From a virus, in the IMG/VR virus record IMGVR_UViG_3300045988_116318, positions 84,184-148,183 of that record: 64,000 nt of DNA. One strand, 5' to 3'. Positions 22,001 to 29,763 of the stretch are shown one piece after another. The position numbers were made by a program, and so were the translations under genes. The stretch's first letter is position 1. The number at the start of each line of letters is the position of its first letter. The notes under the pieces were generated by a model. The model was given only the letters and a program-made list of their open reading frames with translations, had not been told where the DNA came from and ran no database searches.

Positions 22001-22536
22001 AAAACATCATAGATGCCTGGAACGAAAATAAAGACAATATGAATGAGGTAGAGAAAACCAATCTCAAACGTCTCAGTGTCTATGCCGGCACGTTCCTTAT
22101 CATGCAGGCCGTATCTATGCTTCTTGCCGGATGGCGTGATGATGATGAAAACGAAGAAAGTTGGCTTACTCAATTTGGATCCTATGTCGGATTCAGAACC
22201 ATAAACGAAATAGCTTCACAGATGCCGTTTATTATGGAGCTTAACGTGGTAGATATCATTAACGATCCGTTCGTCATGGGACGGAAGCTGAAGGATCTTA
22301 CCGATCTTAGGAATTATTCACTTGATAAAGTAACATCCGGTACATACAAGGGAGAGTCTAAGTTATTTAGGCAACTCGCCAAACAGACGTTTATCAAACA
22401 ATGGTATAATATCAAGACGCCGGAAGACGTAGCGCGCGCCTATAATTGGTGGCAGCAGACGAACAACAAGTCAATGATGTTCTTCATCGGCGCCACTCCT
22501 GATTCGGAAGGAGACGATGATGTTAGCTACAAATAG
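16090..22536 (+). CDS. giant protein (2148 aa), putative virion/ejected protein
   Basis: Uninterrupted 6.4-kb ORF. Coiled-coil rich middle. Hydrophobic segments near C-terminus (LSVYAGTFLIMQAVSMLLAGW). No RNA polymerase DxDGD-type motif found by eye. Confidence 0.85.
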   Translation: MVSTCIIKRDNKKKVVSVSTRSGDRSMLFDKIASVPLMENRERATTVFKTVFSNKFLKAFGDWRRNVPINKQAYNKVKSNIDLIPEAYRERVLDKASKMSNPILVSKSDAPYGIQESGFGFYSQDLGDNIMLVDAMVPSGISIPEGPGIDAGQYLQDAISSDFTPVSMVQDKGVNYMVIKDGLKIFSPEELPQTDSNPVGVTYQTGEPRLFFMNDRSQLFEDYGEALRSGGNDIRIGFLSGTVQESTVDGVADITYKAGKYVLNNPKSFIPVMTASASTSLSTKGGIINYLIKKGLLSGSKIFDPETRSYYLTGEGHTGQIRLFNSALSYTELRNHFGSDVSMNDQGMITISSLDNSKVTMRLATGGTERVSKEQIKNDLKSGRYNELDAKYDHFDALVVSFILEDNDLYADTKAKIVSDYSRQERDQRNSIVEILKTLGVSVIGMTDYIEKYQTKYGHEPSAKALADIANNVIAVGEDATLSDLVEETSHFLVEAYRDQNAVEAVLQDVEGTEEWNQYAGQYYNTYGKVYEGSELDNAVRREILGKILAREMQTGTAQAPVEPTSFLGRVRQLLSGIVNWLKSALSTQRQDLNNVIKNIRDLAITDIDKGFDTSLLKDNDFTLYSLSSMNKNKFLESKIRSLRKTLRDLRQISSDRAVTTSMTLAQLKTIEDKINKVETEIDKNEMAAAMNSMISTAEAQVRYLSNVVNTILHGDTKDGKLHFNTNDRKNVDIINNQVLPIMNDLRGYIRNRSTEFDEREKQDYTNRINTVIADINGIQSDIKSVQDLDESTLLDKLMNELHVPADKVKRVKEFFDKVQHDVSWISRWFGILEHSSSPFNNALGAMIAKDNYNAMVNAQPAISDFLAYAKKHGFNKSEFEKLLQKVDGKTSNYLRSALDMAKYDRNKKLAQMRAFATAMNIEISEEEINDVVDNNRNYVFKREVVDKDGNTVTENAKFKPSSDRVNTDIFTIEQEKIYTEQMEKWDAENSELEFSESYATRMESIYKKAEEELGHPVSQTTKEYLNALSRQKRILRQPFIDSNGNFDEVAYYKSSNYEEEGLLRKQRKEAASEYIYVGTRRVEKTGDQLKMAKEIQAINEVWRKESNNATNAVSESFLQKLRTIQNESGGEAALKTLMLGGHLSFNDRFWNDIESEQSARTESNNKASYLKMAQDIISSTTSDRDATDVDSIVKDIEKNKAIIKEIISNNRDVADIGEINEATFTSSERDAFRAASEAIEADYAILIDYAKMVGLEDIDKYLTKSSKAENEVNQSYLNALADSKEVEWKFVQRHTTAKKAKRIQALRDKLFKAADNRYLFTVSETNYLSEKLGISKELDGRYFRNAVNTKMASLFLNNTREEGIEADIKAGIEEANAIVNEFARSQVFSYYKRMAPTGYAAMIGKIGRGEIDVAQMVKDVQNGTSTQDYGMDISYLSFDPARAWVAESEAENSGRNPDYVKDHGYGHRMPKKSLYRDESYFNDFGIKYDADGNEVATKNVEQWNMIQKLKEIKRQSLSLYKEQSPNLYAIPQISKQDIERVEGLGISLKSTVRNFVSDLCLDRVDDSLYGKTRQGEVYDPEDRVRSIPKYYIYELENQDDVSHDFGYSYSMLMMQSSLYNEKQKSIELAQGLEQMLLNKQFEGGKKAEATQAYQMFRDFFNDHYYGIRMNTKKLTVNIGGYTVDLTRIMMAVERFMSVMNLALSPFVAATGALTGHINLIMESAVGQYISKDSLKYASAEFSRLAPSCIAETGDIDRKSKLYVIGERMGIFNIRNRMYGAGYNRVARTLMRSPMYAFMEILNYPLDPQVMIATMDNVRYYKGRFYTFQDFKMEKERNKEQSTIKREWNALKDRTLWSMVDVVDGKVVVKPGSGVTVEEVETQMAITRNQVRSLSQICNGSLNEENRTAASRNWIARFMTAHRGWLVLAAQRLWKRRGFNFQTMQEEEGLSITLKNMIAKTFSLASESGMKNIIDAWNENKDNMNEVEKTNLKRLSVYAGTFLIMQAVSMLLAGWRDDDENEESWLTQFGSYVGFRTINEIASQMPFIMELNVVDIINDPFVMGRKLKDLTDLRNYSLDKVTSGTYKGESKLFRQLAKQTFIKQWYNIKTPEDVARAYNWWQQTNNKSMMFFIGATPDSEGDDDVSYK

Positions 22537-22755
22537 ACGAAGAATATCGGACTTGCATTGTTTTGGTATGATTCCAATATGCTATATTAGCATCGTCAAA
22601 GAGTAGATTGTACGTTTTTTGTTCTTACTTGAAAGATTATGTAGGTTTAATTTTTTCTGAAATTGTTTTCTTACCGGTTCTCAGTCAGGGATGATAGGGA
22701 ACCAGTTTCTTTTATGTTGTACCAAACAATTGCGATATGAGTTTAAATAAAAAAC

Positions 22756-22789
22756 AATTATGGCACCAAGAACTATTGGTGCCATAATT
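22756..22789. terminator. perfect 14-bp inverted repeat (AATTATGGCACCAA-gaacta-TTGGTGCCATAATT) at convergent-module junction; candidate bidirectional terminator
   Basis: Hairpin flanked by A/T tracts on both sides (tttaaataaaaaacaatt upstream on the + strand, which is a T-tract on the - strand). Confidence 0.5.
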
Positions 22790-22904
22790 GTTAAAACCGT
22801 TTATTGTAACAAGAGTCCACTACCTTTACCCTCTTTTCTTCTTTCTTACTTCCCCATTAGTTGATTTCCTTTCAACTATTCTAAGAGGAATATGAAACAA
22901 GTTT

Positions 22905-23393
22905 CTAAGCATTAATTTCATGACCTTCCCTATTTGTGAAAACTAAACCAATACCTTCTATAATATATCCTACTACAGGAGCTTTGTCAAATTCCTCCTT
23001 CGTAGCCCAGGTAGCATTATCAGGCATCAGATCCTTGAATGCGTCCGAAACATCACCTTGACACCAGCAGTTATTTGATACAACAATGCCTTTCCCTTCG
23101 ATATTGATATACATTTTTCTTCCACCACATCCAAGGGTGTTCCATCCGCTCGGTACGTTTTCCACCATAGGCTTAAGCACCCAGCTTACACCGTCTATCC
23201 TAACCCATCCAGGATCGTCTTTGTGCTTGTCGTACAAGTTTTGCCAAAAAGAGCATTCGTAGCACCACCCCCTGTCTTCCATGACAGTTCTTATCTCACA
23301 CCTTTCAAATCCATTTGCATCCATCGTGTGCGGAGAATGAGGCTGGTGAGGGGTGCCACATTTCGGACATACGAGTTTTAAATTATTTTTCAT
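22905..23393 (-). CDS. Zn-ribbon protein (162 aa)
   Basis: N-terminal CPKCG...H..H and further Cys/His clusters. Confidence 0.6.
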   Translation of the reverse strand: MKNNLKLVCPKCGTPHQPHSPHTMDANGFERCEIRTVMEDRGWCYECSFWQNLYDKHKDDPGWVRIDGVSWVLKPMVENVPSGWNTLGCGGRKMYINIEGKGIVVSNNCWCQGDVSDAFKDLMPDNATWATKEEFDKAPVVGYIIEGIGLVFTNREGHEINA

Positions 23394-23394
23394 A

Positions 23395-23628
23395 TTATTT
23401 CACTTTTACGATCTTAACAGAATCTCCGATATTGTATTCCCCTTGGTATCCAACGAATTTTATAAATCTATTACTGTTAAATATTGAAAATCCTCCGTCT
23501 TCACCATAATATATCACACATCCACCACGTAAAGGATTTAAATCGTATATAACCCATCCGTCATTAACTTGATTATCATATTTGCATGATGATAATACAA
23601 GTGTCATCAATAAAACAAAATATTTCAT
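23395..23628 (-). CDS. small lipoprotein (77 aa)
   Basis: MKYFVLLMTLVLSSC: signal peptide with lipobox L-S-S-C. Confidence 0.55.
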   Translation of the reverse strand: MKYFVLLMTLVLSSCKYDNQVNDGWVIYDLNPLRGGCVIYYGEDGGFSIFNSNRFIKFVGYQGEYNIGDSVKIVKVK

Positions 23629-23635
23629 ATTATTT

Positions 23636-23827
23636 TCAACATAAAAATTTATAACCTGGTTTTACCGCTTCCGCTTCTTCTTTTGTATCAAACATTAAGG
23701 TAGTGACAGCTCCTATGCCTTCACAAACGTAAGATACTTTCACCCACCACCTAAAAATCCCAGAGCCGTAATCATCATAGTACGGCTCAGAAAGAACTTC
23801 TTTCACGTACCCATCCAAATAATTCAC
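23636..23827 (-). CDS. hypothetical protein (63 aa)
   Basis: ORF tightly packed between neighbours. Confidence 0.4.
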   Translation of the reverse strand: MNYLDGYVKEVLSEPYYDDYGSGIFRWWVKVSYVCEGIGAVTTLMFDTKEEAEAVKPGYKFLC

Positions 23828-24546
23828 GATCGTTCCTCCTTGTTTTTAGATTCTGCCTCTTCGAGTATGCTGATCACCTTGTCAACAATATCCGAATCAG
23901 ACATTTTCTCAATAAAAACATCCATTGCCTTAGTTATGTCATTGGCTTCTTTTTCTTCAAGAGCTATTTCTCCACCGGTAATAGCATCAGACAATGATGT
24001 AGACAAGTGCCTTATTTTATCAATGCTCATAAACGTAAATGGATTACCACCTTGACCACCACCCATTTCTTTCATGATCTGATATCCACCTGAGATAAGT
24101 CTGCCTGATGTCGTGGCCAAGGAGGATACGATTAGGGACAGTACCGCCGCTTCCGTCCGCTCCTCGGACACACCCCTCGACCACACGGCTGCCCTTATAG
24201 CGCCGGCCAGGTCGTCTATGTATGGCATGAGGCAATCTTCCATCGCTTGTGTTATATCAGCTATAACCTCACTACGCTCTTTATTTATGTAGTAGATAGA
24301 AGCATTGTACCTCTTTATCTCTTTGTCCATGTCATTTAAAAGACGCTTGATATTGTGCTTATACATAGGACCACCCTTAATCACTTCCTTTAGCTTAAGA
24401 ATGTAATTATAAGCCTGGTCGTTTACGAACAACGTCATGGTCTCAACCGTTGAATGAAGCGTGTTGAGGCTGTTAAGAATCTTATCGAAATTGTTTATCA
24501 AATAAGCTTTTCTGGCTTTTGCCGCGTAGTTAATCATCGCATTCAA
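23824..24546 (-). CDS. hypothetical protein (240 aa)
   Basis: ORF. 4-nt overlap with downstream gene. Confidence 0.65.
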   Translation of the reverse strand: MNAMINYAAKARKAYLINNFDKILNSLNTLHSTVETMTLFVNDQAYNYILKLKEVIKGGPMYKHNIKRLLNDMDKEIKRYNASIYYINKERSEVIADITQAMEDCLMPYIDDLAGAIRAAVWSRGVSEERTEAAVLSLIVSSLATTSGRLISGGYQIMKEMGGGQGGNPFTFMSIDKIRHLSTSLSDAITGGEIALEEKEANDITKAMDVFIEKMSDSDIVDKVISILEEAESKNKEERS

Positions 24547-25072
24547 ATTTTAGATTTTCAAGTTCGTGTATTTGTAACTTAAGAGACTTAATTAAATCCG
24601 TTCTCTGTCCCTCTGCATGTTTTAAAGCCTCTTCCTTGCTTTCAAAAGCACAATCCCCTATCTGATAAGGGGTGTAACGACCAGGAGTGTCGGCTAATAA
24701 AAGACCACCACAATCTTCTATTCTGGCTTTTACCTTTCTTATTTTCCCATCTTTTAGACACATGTCTGTAACCCATACGAATTTACCATATAATTTATCA
24801 TACTCTTCTAATCTCTCTTCTTGCAATTCATACCATTTAGGCTTAGGAAATCTTAATGTGAATTTAACCTCAGTATCTTTTTCTAAGACATTAATATCAT
24901 ACGCCTCCGGCCACAGCTCTTTTATGCTGTCTTCGTCTTCGGCATACGCTACAAGTATGAATGAATCATCGGATTCACCACTACACCAATATGGATATTT
25001 TATAGGCCATTTGACTGGACGGTAGTCGTTACCGCAGTCGGATTTTTTAATGTAAAATCTTGCTCTAATCAT
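24530..25072 (-). CDS. hypothetical protein (180 aa)
   Basis: ORF. Confidence 0.6.
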   Translation of the reverse strand: MIRARFYIKKSDCGNDYRPVKWPIKYPYWCSGESDDSFILVAYAEDEDSIKELWPEAYDINVLEKDTEVKFTLRFPKPKWYELQEERLEEYDKLYGKFVWVTDMCLKDGKIRKVKARIEDCGGLLLADTPGRYTPYQIGDCAFESKEEALKHAEGQRTDLIKSLKLQIHELENLKFECDD

Positions 25073-25079
25073 ATCGTTA

Positions 25080-25391
25080 TTAATCTGATAATTTTTCTAT
25101 TTTAATTAATTTTGATGATAGATACATATTCCATTTCCCTCTGCCTCTGTCACCTTTTTCGTTTTGTTTTTGGATTGTCAAGTACAGATCTCCGTCTTCA
25201 CATACTTCAACTTTTTTCAAGAAGCCTATCATTTCATCTCCTGCTTCGTGTAAAATACGGATCTTATCTCCTTCTTTTAACCCATAATTGGAATCAAAAT
25301 ATTCTTTTTTGATTCTATCAATATTGTCTTTATGGTTTTTTATAGCATAAAGCTCTTTTCTTAATAAATAATTTAGTTGTTCTATTGTCAT
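25080..25391 (-). CDS. hypothetical protein (103 aa)
   Basis: AAGGAGG RBS upstream of the start codon. Confidence 0.55.
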   Translation of the reverse strand: MTIEQLNYLLRKELYAIKNHKDNIDRIKKEYFDSNYGLKEGDKIRILHEAGDEMIGFLKKVEVCEDGDLYLTIQKQNEKGDRGRGKWNMYLSSKLIKIEKLSD

Positions 25392-25945
25392 TTCTTTTCC
25401 TCCTTATTTAATGGTATCAACCCTTTTCCATGCTTGTCATACCACAGCATAGCTATGCAGTTCCATGCACATTGTGCAAGATGAAAACATCCTGTATCGG
25501 AATCCACTCTTTCCCCTTTCATGTATTCCATCAGGTGTCGAAACATCGCAGCACGGTACCGTTCAAATCCGTTGTCAAGGTTCTGCCAAGTATTAGGATC
25601 GTACTTTTTGGCTCCGGCATGATAGACTTTTACAATGTCCTCAATCTCTTCCATTGGAAGCAAATCCCATCGTAGTTTATCATCAATGATGTCATTTTTC
25701 ACCGATTTGTTTTCTATGGGGTCTTTGGTAAGAATAATATCCATAATATCCGTTTCTATGACGAACGTCTCCCCATTGCAACAAACCTCAGCATATTTAT
25801 CATTTACTTCTATGTCTGATACTGCCTCCGCTATAGCTCCTTTGACGATTTTAAATTCGGCACTGATTATATCATCTTTTAATATGCGAAAAATAGATCC
25901 TTTTGGATAAAGGATATTTTTAGTATTATCATCCATCTTTTCCAT
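25388..25945 (-). CDS. dATP/dGTP pyrophosphohydrolase-like domain protein (185 aa)
   Basis: C-terminal half LRWDLLPMEEIEDIVKVYHAGAKKYDPNTWQN...YRAAMFRHLMEYMKGERVDSDTGCFHLAQCAWNCIAMLW fits the phage dNTP diphosphohydrolase domain consensus (GakKY..nW...Y.dAl.RHl.....D.dsG.HlaH). Confidence 0.45.
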   Translation of the reverse strand: MEKMDDNTKNILYPKGSIFRILKDDIISAEFKIVKGAIAEAVSDIEVNDKYAEVCCNGETFVIETDIMDIILTKDPIENKSVKNDIIDDKLRWDLLPMEEIEDIVKVYHAGAKKYDPNTWQNLDNGFERYRAAMFRHLMEYMKGERVDSDTGCFHLAQCAWNCIAMLWYDKHGKGLIPLNKEEKK

Positions 25946-25997
25946 TGCTTTATCGTTGTTTTACCTCATTTCGATAGTAATATAATCCATCTTCGTC

Positions 25998-26285
25998 TTA
26001 TACCCTATCATTTCTGTTTTTCTCAAAATACTGTCTTACGGCTTCAATCGCCTTATCGTCATCAAAAGCCTCTACAAACCCCTCATAGAATCTATTTCGC
26101 TCCATAGAGAACGTATTGCTTCCATCCGGAATGGTTCTGAACACAACTACCTTCTCTCCATCTACGTTCGTTCCTATGATGTTGTTATGGAGAATAATAG
26201 AATACCGCCCAGAGTTTTTGTTCTGGACGACACTATGTTCGAGATTGTAGAGTCTAAGTAGTTCTCTTATTTCTTTTACTCCCAT
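25998..26285 (-). CDS. hypothetical protein (95 aa)
   Basis: ORF. Confidence 0.5.
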   Translation of the reverse strand: MGVKEIRELLRLYNLEHSVVQNKNSGRYSIILHNNIIGTNVDGEKVVVFRTIPDGSNTFSMERNRFYEGFVEAFDDDKAIEAVRQYFEKNRNDRV

Positions 26286-26286
26286 A

Positions 26287-27033
26287 TTATTTTACGTTTT
26301 TAGAAGTTACAGCCTCTTCTCCCCATTTCTTTACATATATAGATCTCATCATGTTCATTAAACTAGAGAAAGAAGAGATGGTTCCCATCTCTATGCAGAA
26401 TGCAAGATTAGACTGTAGGGTTTCAAGTTCTTTCAACTGCTCCTGTGTAGCCCTATTTCTTATCATGCTTTCATGCTCATTAAATACAATCCAATTTAAG
26501 CCTTTAGCCATCTTGGAGTAATCGGCATCCGGAAATCTTGATATAGCTCTTGACAAGACATTGTATTTATCACCTGCCTCTATTCGGTTTAAGATAAGCT
26601 TATCTGTTAACCACGTAACAACCTCAGCATACAACATAGGGTTTAGTTCCATAGCTACAAGCACCCATATATATGGATTACACATAGTTCTCCTATTCTC
26701 TCCTCTACCCATTGTCTTATAAGCTCCCATTTTTTTCATCACTTTTATAAGTGACTCTTTTTCAACAGATTGTATAAAACCAGGAAATCCTGATTCTATC
26801 TTATATCCTTGTTTTTCAAGGATATAGTAAACACGTTCCGCACTCTCCTTATTAGATAGGATATTCTCTATTCTCTTTTCATTCCACCCCATCTCAACCC
26901 TCTTCTTCGTATAGGCTTCCTGAAGGTCTGTCAAGGACATAAACGAAGTTTTAGTGTCCTGCTTAATTATTACGCCAAATAATTCTCGGTCTTTTGATAC
27001 CATTGTAACATTTGTTTTCATAAAATATAACAC
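26287..27033 (-). CDS. hypothetical protein (248 aa), possible KilA-N-like N-terminus
   Basis: ORF. N-terminal FGVIIKQDTKTSFMSLTDLQEAY is loosely KilA-N/Bro-N-like. Confidence 0.55.
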   Translation of the reverse strand: MLYFMKTNVTMVSKDRELFGVIIKQDTKTSFMSLTDLQEAYTKKRVEMGWNEKRIENILSNKESAERVYYILEKQGYKIESGFPGFIQSVEKESLIKVMKKMGAYKTMGRGENRRTMCNPYIWVLVAMELNPMLYAEVVTWLTDKLILNRIEAGDKYNVLSRAISRFPDADYSKMAKGLNWIVFNEHESMIRNRATQEQLKELETLQSNLAFCIEMGTISSFSSLMNMMRSIYVKKWGEEAVTSKNVK

Positions 27034-27119
27034 ATAAAAAAATAATACGATACAAAAATATGTATCGTATTATATCTATACAAATATATTGTGTTAAATT
27101 TTATGATTATATTTTTACG

Positions 27120-27482
27120 TTATGCGCCTATGGCTGCCTCTAAATTCCCTATAATACCAGTTTCTATGTCATTGATTTTATCATCAATGGTTGAAACCGC
27201 ATTCTCTAAATCCCCTACAATACTTTCTATATCATCAACAACCGCCTCCATATTAGCTACAGCCTCATCTGATTGATAATATCTTTCTGTATCTTGTAAC
27301 GACTCCGGCATATTATCTCTTGCTTCCGTCTCTTCGTCTAAAATCATATCAACATCATCCTTGGCTGAATCCAGATTATGCCTAACCTCTGACAGCTTTG
27401 ATTTGATAAACTCAAGATCTGTTTTATGCTTTTCCAAATTGGAAATAATATCCTCTATTTTCTTACGTCTTTTGCTGTTCAT
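27120..27482 (-). CDS. acidic coiled-coil protein (120 aa)
   Basis: ORF. Asp/Glu-rich heptads. Confidence 0.5.
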   Translation of the reverse strand: MNSKRRKKIEDIISNLEKHKTDLEFIKSKLSEVRHNLDSAKDDVDMILDEETEARDNMPESLQDTERYYQSDEAVANMEAVVDDIESIVGDLENAVSTIDDKINDIETGIIGNLEAAIGA

Positions 27483-28903
27483 GCTTTTATTCTATTATAA
27501 TATTCGATAATCTTTTCTTTCCTGTCTCCTGGTTTTACTGCCATATTCTCAGCCAAGAACCTAAAATACGACACTGGTATGTCCTTGAATCTAATTCCTT
27601 CATATTTTCCAAACCACATTATTATGCTGTCAAGATCGTCTTCTCTCCTACCATCTCCATTCACAGATTTAAGCGAGGCTGCCCGGCGAAGGATCTCGTC
27701 TTTGGTAATAATATCACCCATCCTTATATTGGACAGAAGTTGATCTCCGGCAAACATACACCAGCCCTTAGAAGGGAATTGTTCGATTGTCAGGTCTTCT
27801 ATTCGACCAAAGCGTCTCATGTTGTCGCAGCAATCAACTATCAGCGCCTCTTTCTTGTCAGGGTGGATGCGAACGGCACGGCCCACAATCTGGTAAAATA
27901 CTGAATATGAGAACGTTGGGCGACCAAACATCACACAATCAAGTTCAGGAAAATCAAATCCGGTAGCAAGCGTTGAATAATTAAAAACCACCTTCAACTT
28001 ACCTTCTTTGAAATCGGATATAATTTGTTCTCTTTTCTTTTTGGTTGTTAGCGATGTTACGACACCGGTTATGGCTCCCATCCTGGCATTCATGAACTCT
28101 GATATTCTATTACATGATTCGATAGAATCCATACAGACCAAAATGGCTTTACGTTCGTTCATAAGTTGAAGAAGGCGCTTGTAGATAGAATTGTTTAAGC
28201 CGTTTCGTACAATACTTTCTTTAATAGATTCGTTGGTGTATTCAGCTCCGGTGCTGTTTAACATCAGAGCCGATTCATCAAATGACCATCGTTCGTACTT
28301 AAGTGGACACCAAAAACCTTGAGAAGTTAGCTCTTGTATTTGTATTACATGAACCAACTTCTTGAAGAAGTTATGTTCGTCTTTCGTCAGCATATTAAGT
28401 TTGCTGTAGTTTCCTTCCAGCATGGAACTGTAGGTTCGGAGGCGGCAGGGAGTGGCGGTGAAGCCCAGCACCTTCGCCTCGGGAAACTCGCTCATAAACT
28501 CCATAAATTCAGAACCTTCCTCAGGGGAATACCCCGAGTGGCATTCGTCCACCAATAAGGTGTCTATCCCTATATCTTTCAACCTTGCTACGTCTTTCTT
28601 TATGCTTTTAAGTGTAGCATAAGTCATAGCCGATAATTCCTTTACGCCACATGAGGCAGAGTATATAGTAGGTTTGGAGCCAAACGATACAGCCTTAGCA
28701 TAATTCTGCTCCAGAATCTCTTTTGAGGGCTGTAATACTAACGTTGGTCTATTTATCTCATGCGCTATCTTGGATATCAGAAGGCTCTTACCCGCTCCGC
28801 ATGGGGCTACGATTATGCCAGGCTTCTTAGATCTTCCTGTAAGAAACTTAAGCCCGGCATCTACTGCCTCTTTTTGGTAAGGTCTAAGTTCAAAGCCCAT
28901 CAC
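27479..28903 (-). CDS. SF2 DEAD/DEAH-box DNA helicase (474 aa)
   Basis: Motif I APCGAGKS, motif II LVDECH, motif III TATP, motif VI QIVGRAVR. GTG start. Confidence 0.8.
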   Translation of the reverse strand: MMGFELRPYQKEAVDAGLKFLTGRSKKPGIIVAPCGAGKSLLISKIAHEINRPTLVLQPSKEILEQNYAKAVSFGSKPTIYSASCGVKELSAMTYATLKSIKKDVARLKDIGIDTLLVDECHSGYSPEEGSEFMEFMSEFPEAKVLGFTATPCRLRTYSSMLEGNYSKLNMLTKDEHNFFKKLVHVIQIQELTSQGFWCPLKYERWSFDESALMLNSTGAEYTNESIKESIVRNGLNNSIYKRLLQLMNERKAILVCMDSIESCNRISEFMNARMGAITGVVTSLTTKKKREQIISDFKEGKLKVVFNYSTLATGFDFPELDCVMFGRPTFSYSVFYQIVGRAVRIHPDKKEALIVDCCDNMRRFGRIEDLTIEQFPSKGWCMFAGDQLLSNIRMGDIITKDEILRRAASLKSVNGDGRREDDLDSIIMWFGKYEGIRFKDIPVSYFRFLAENMAVKPGDRKEKIIEYYNRIKA

Positions 28904-29276
28904 AATCTATTATATTATTTTTTGAAAGTTCTATTATCGCCTCTTTCAACATCTCCCTTGCCTTATTCTCATTATCTTCAAACAGGCATACACTGCATGT
29001 AGCACCTTTGGAGGGGTAGTCTCTGTAGGCTTCTGCTCTTTCTACAACGTACTCACAACAATAGTCGTGACTCATGTCTTTTGCTATACTTATGAAATGA
29101 TCTTCTCCATCCATCAACACGCAATATTCGGCATCGTTTTCGCATGCAATAACACCTTTGTTTTTTAAAATGGATAGCACTTTATTTCCAAAAAGTCCAA
29201 TATAGACCCATATACCTTTCCCTGCATTTTTGTAAAAAATACCCATCCCTTCTTTGATTGTGACTTTCTTTTCCAT
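28890..29276 (-). CDS. hypothetical Cys-containing protein (128 aa)
   Basis: ORF. Confidence 0.55.
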   Translation of the reverse strand: MEKKVTIKEGMGIFYKNAGKGIWVYIGLFGNKVLSILKNKGVIACENDAEYCVLMDGEDHFISIAKDMSHDYCCEYVVERAEAYRDYPSKGATCSVCLFEDNENKAREMLKEAIIELSKNNIIDCDGL

Positions 29277-29282
29277 AACCCC

Positions 29283-29597
29283 TTATTTTATATCAGTAAT
29301 TAAAATATATTTTTCAACAATATCTTCAAGATTCATAGAAAATAATAAACCTGGGCTTTTTTCATACTCGTACAGAGCGAACCCTTCCTTTATTTCTAAT
29401 ATCTTAATCACATGCTTGCCTCTTTCAAATGGATCCATGAAGTAGCCTTTGTATTCGTATCTTTGACCGACTTTTATTTTGTCGGTCTTCTTCTTCATCT
29501 TATACCGATCTATTGCCCTGCTTATTTTTATAAGAGTCGTTATAAACAAGTATAATAATAAAAAGACCGCTGCTCCTGCTATCAATGCTTCTTTCAT
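29283..29597 (-). CDS. membrane-anchored small protein (104 aa)
   Basis: N-terminal TM helix ALIAGAAVFLLLYLFITTLI. Confidence 0.5.
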   Translation of the reverse strand: MKEALIAGAAVFLLLYLFITTLIKISRAIDRYKMKKKTDKIKVGQRYEYKGYFMDPFERGKHVIKILEIKEGFALYEYEKSPGLLFSMNLEDIVEKYILITDIK

Positions 29598-29763
29598 TGC
29601 ACCTCTTTTAAGTAGTTAAACCATATATCCTCCAGTCTTTCCTGAAGCTCAAACGCTTTCTTGAAATTCCCGCATCTTACAGCAACGTCTCTCATGTATT
29701 CTACGTTTATAACTTCCAGATCTTGCCGGTATTTTGTTCTTAACTTTTGAACATCATCGTATT

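Noticed and set aside
16090-22536. Virion multisubunit-like RNA polymerase (crAss-like) assignment for the giant proteins
   Set aside because: No DxDGD metal-binding loop or other RNAP motif was found in either giant protein. KYDADGNEV is the closest and is unconvincing.
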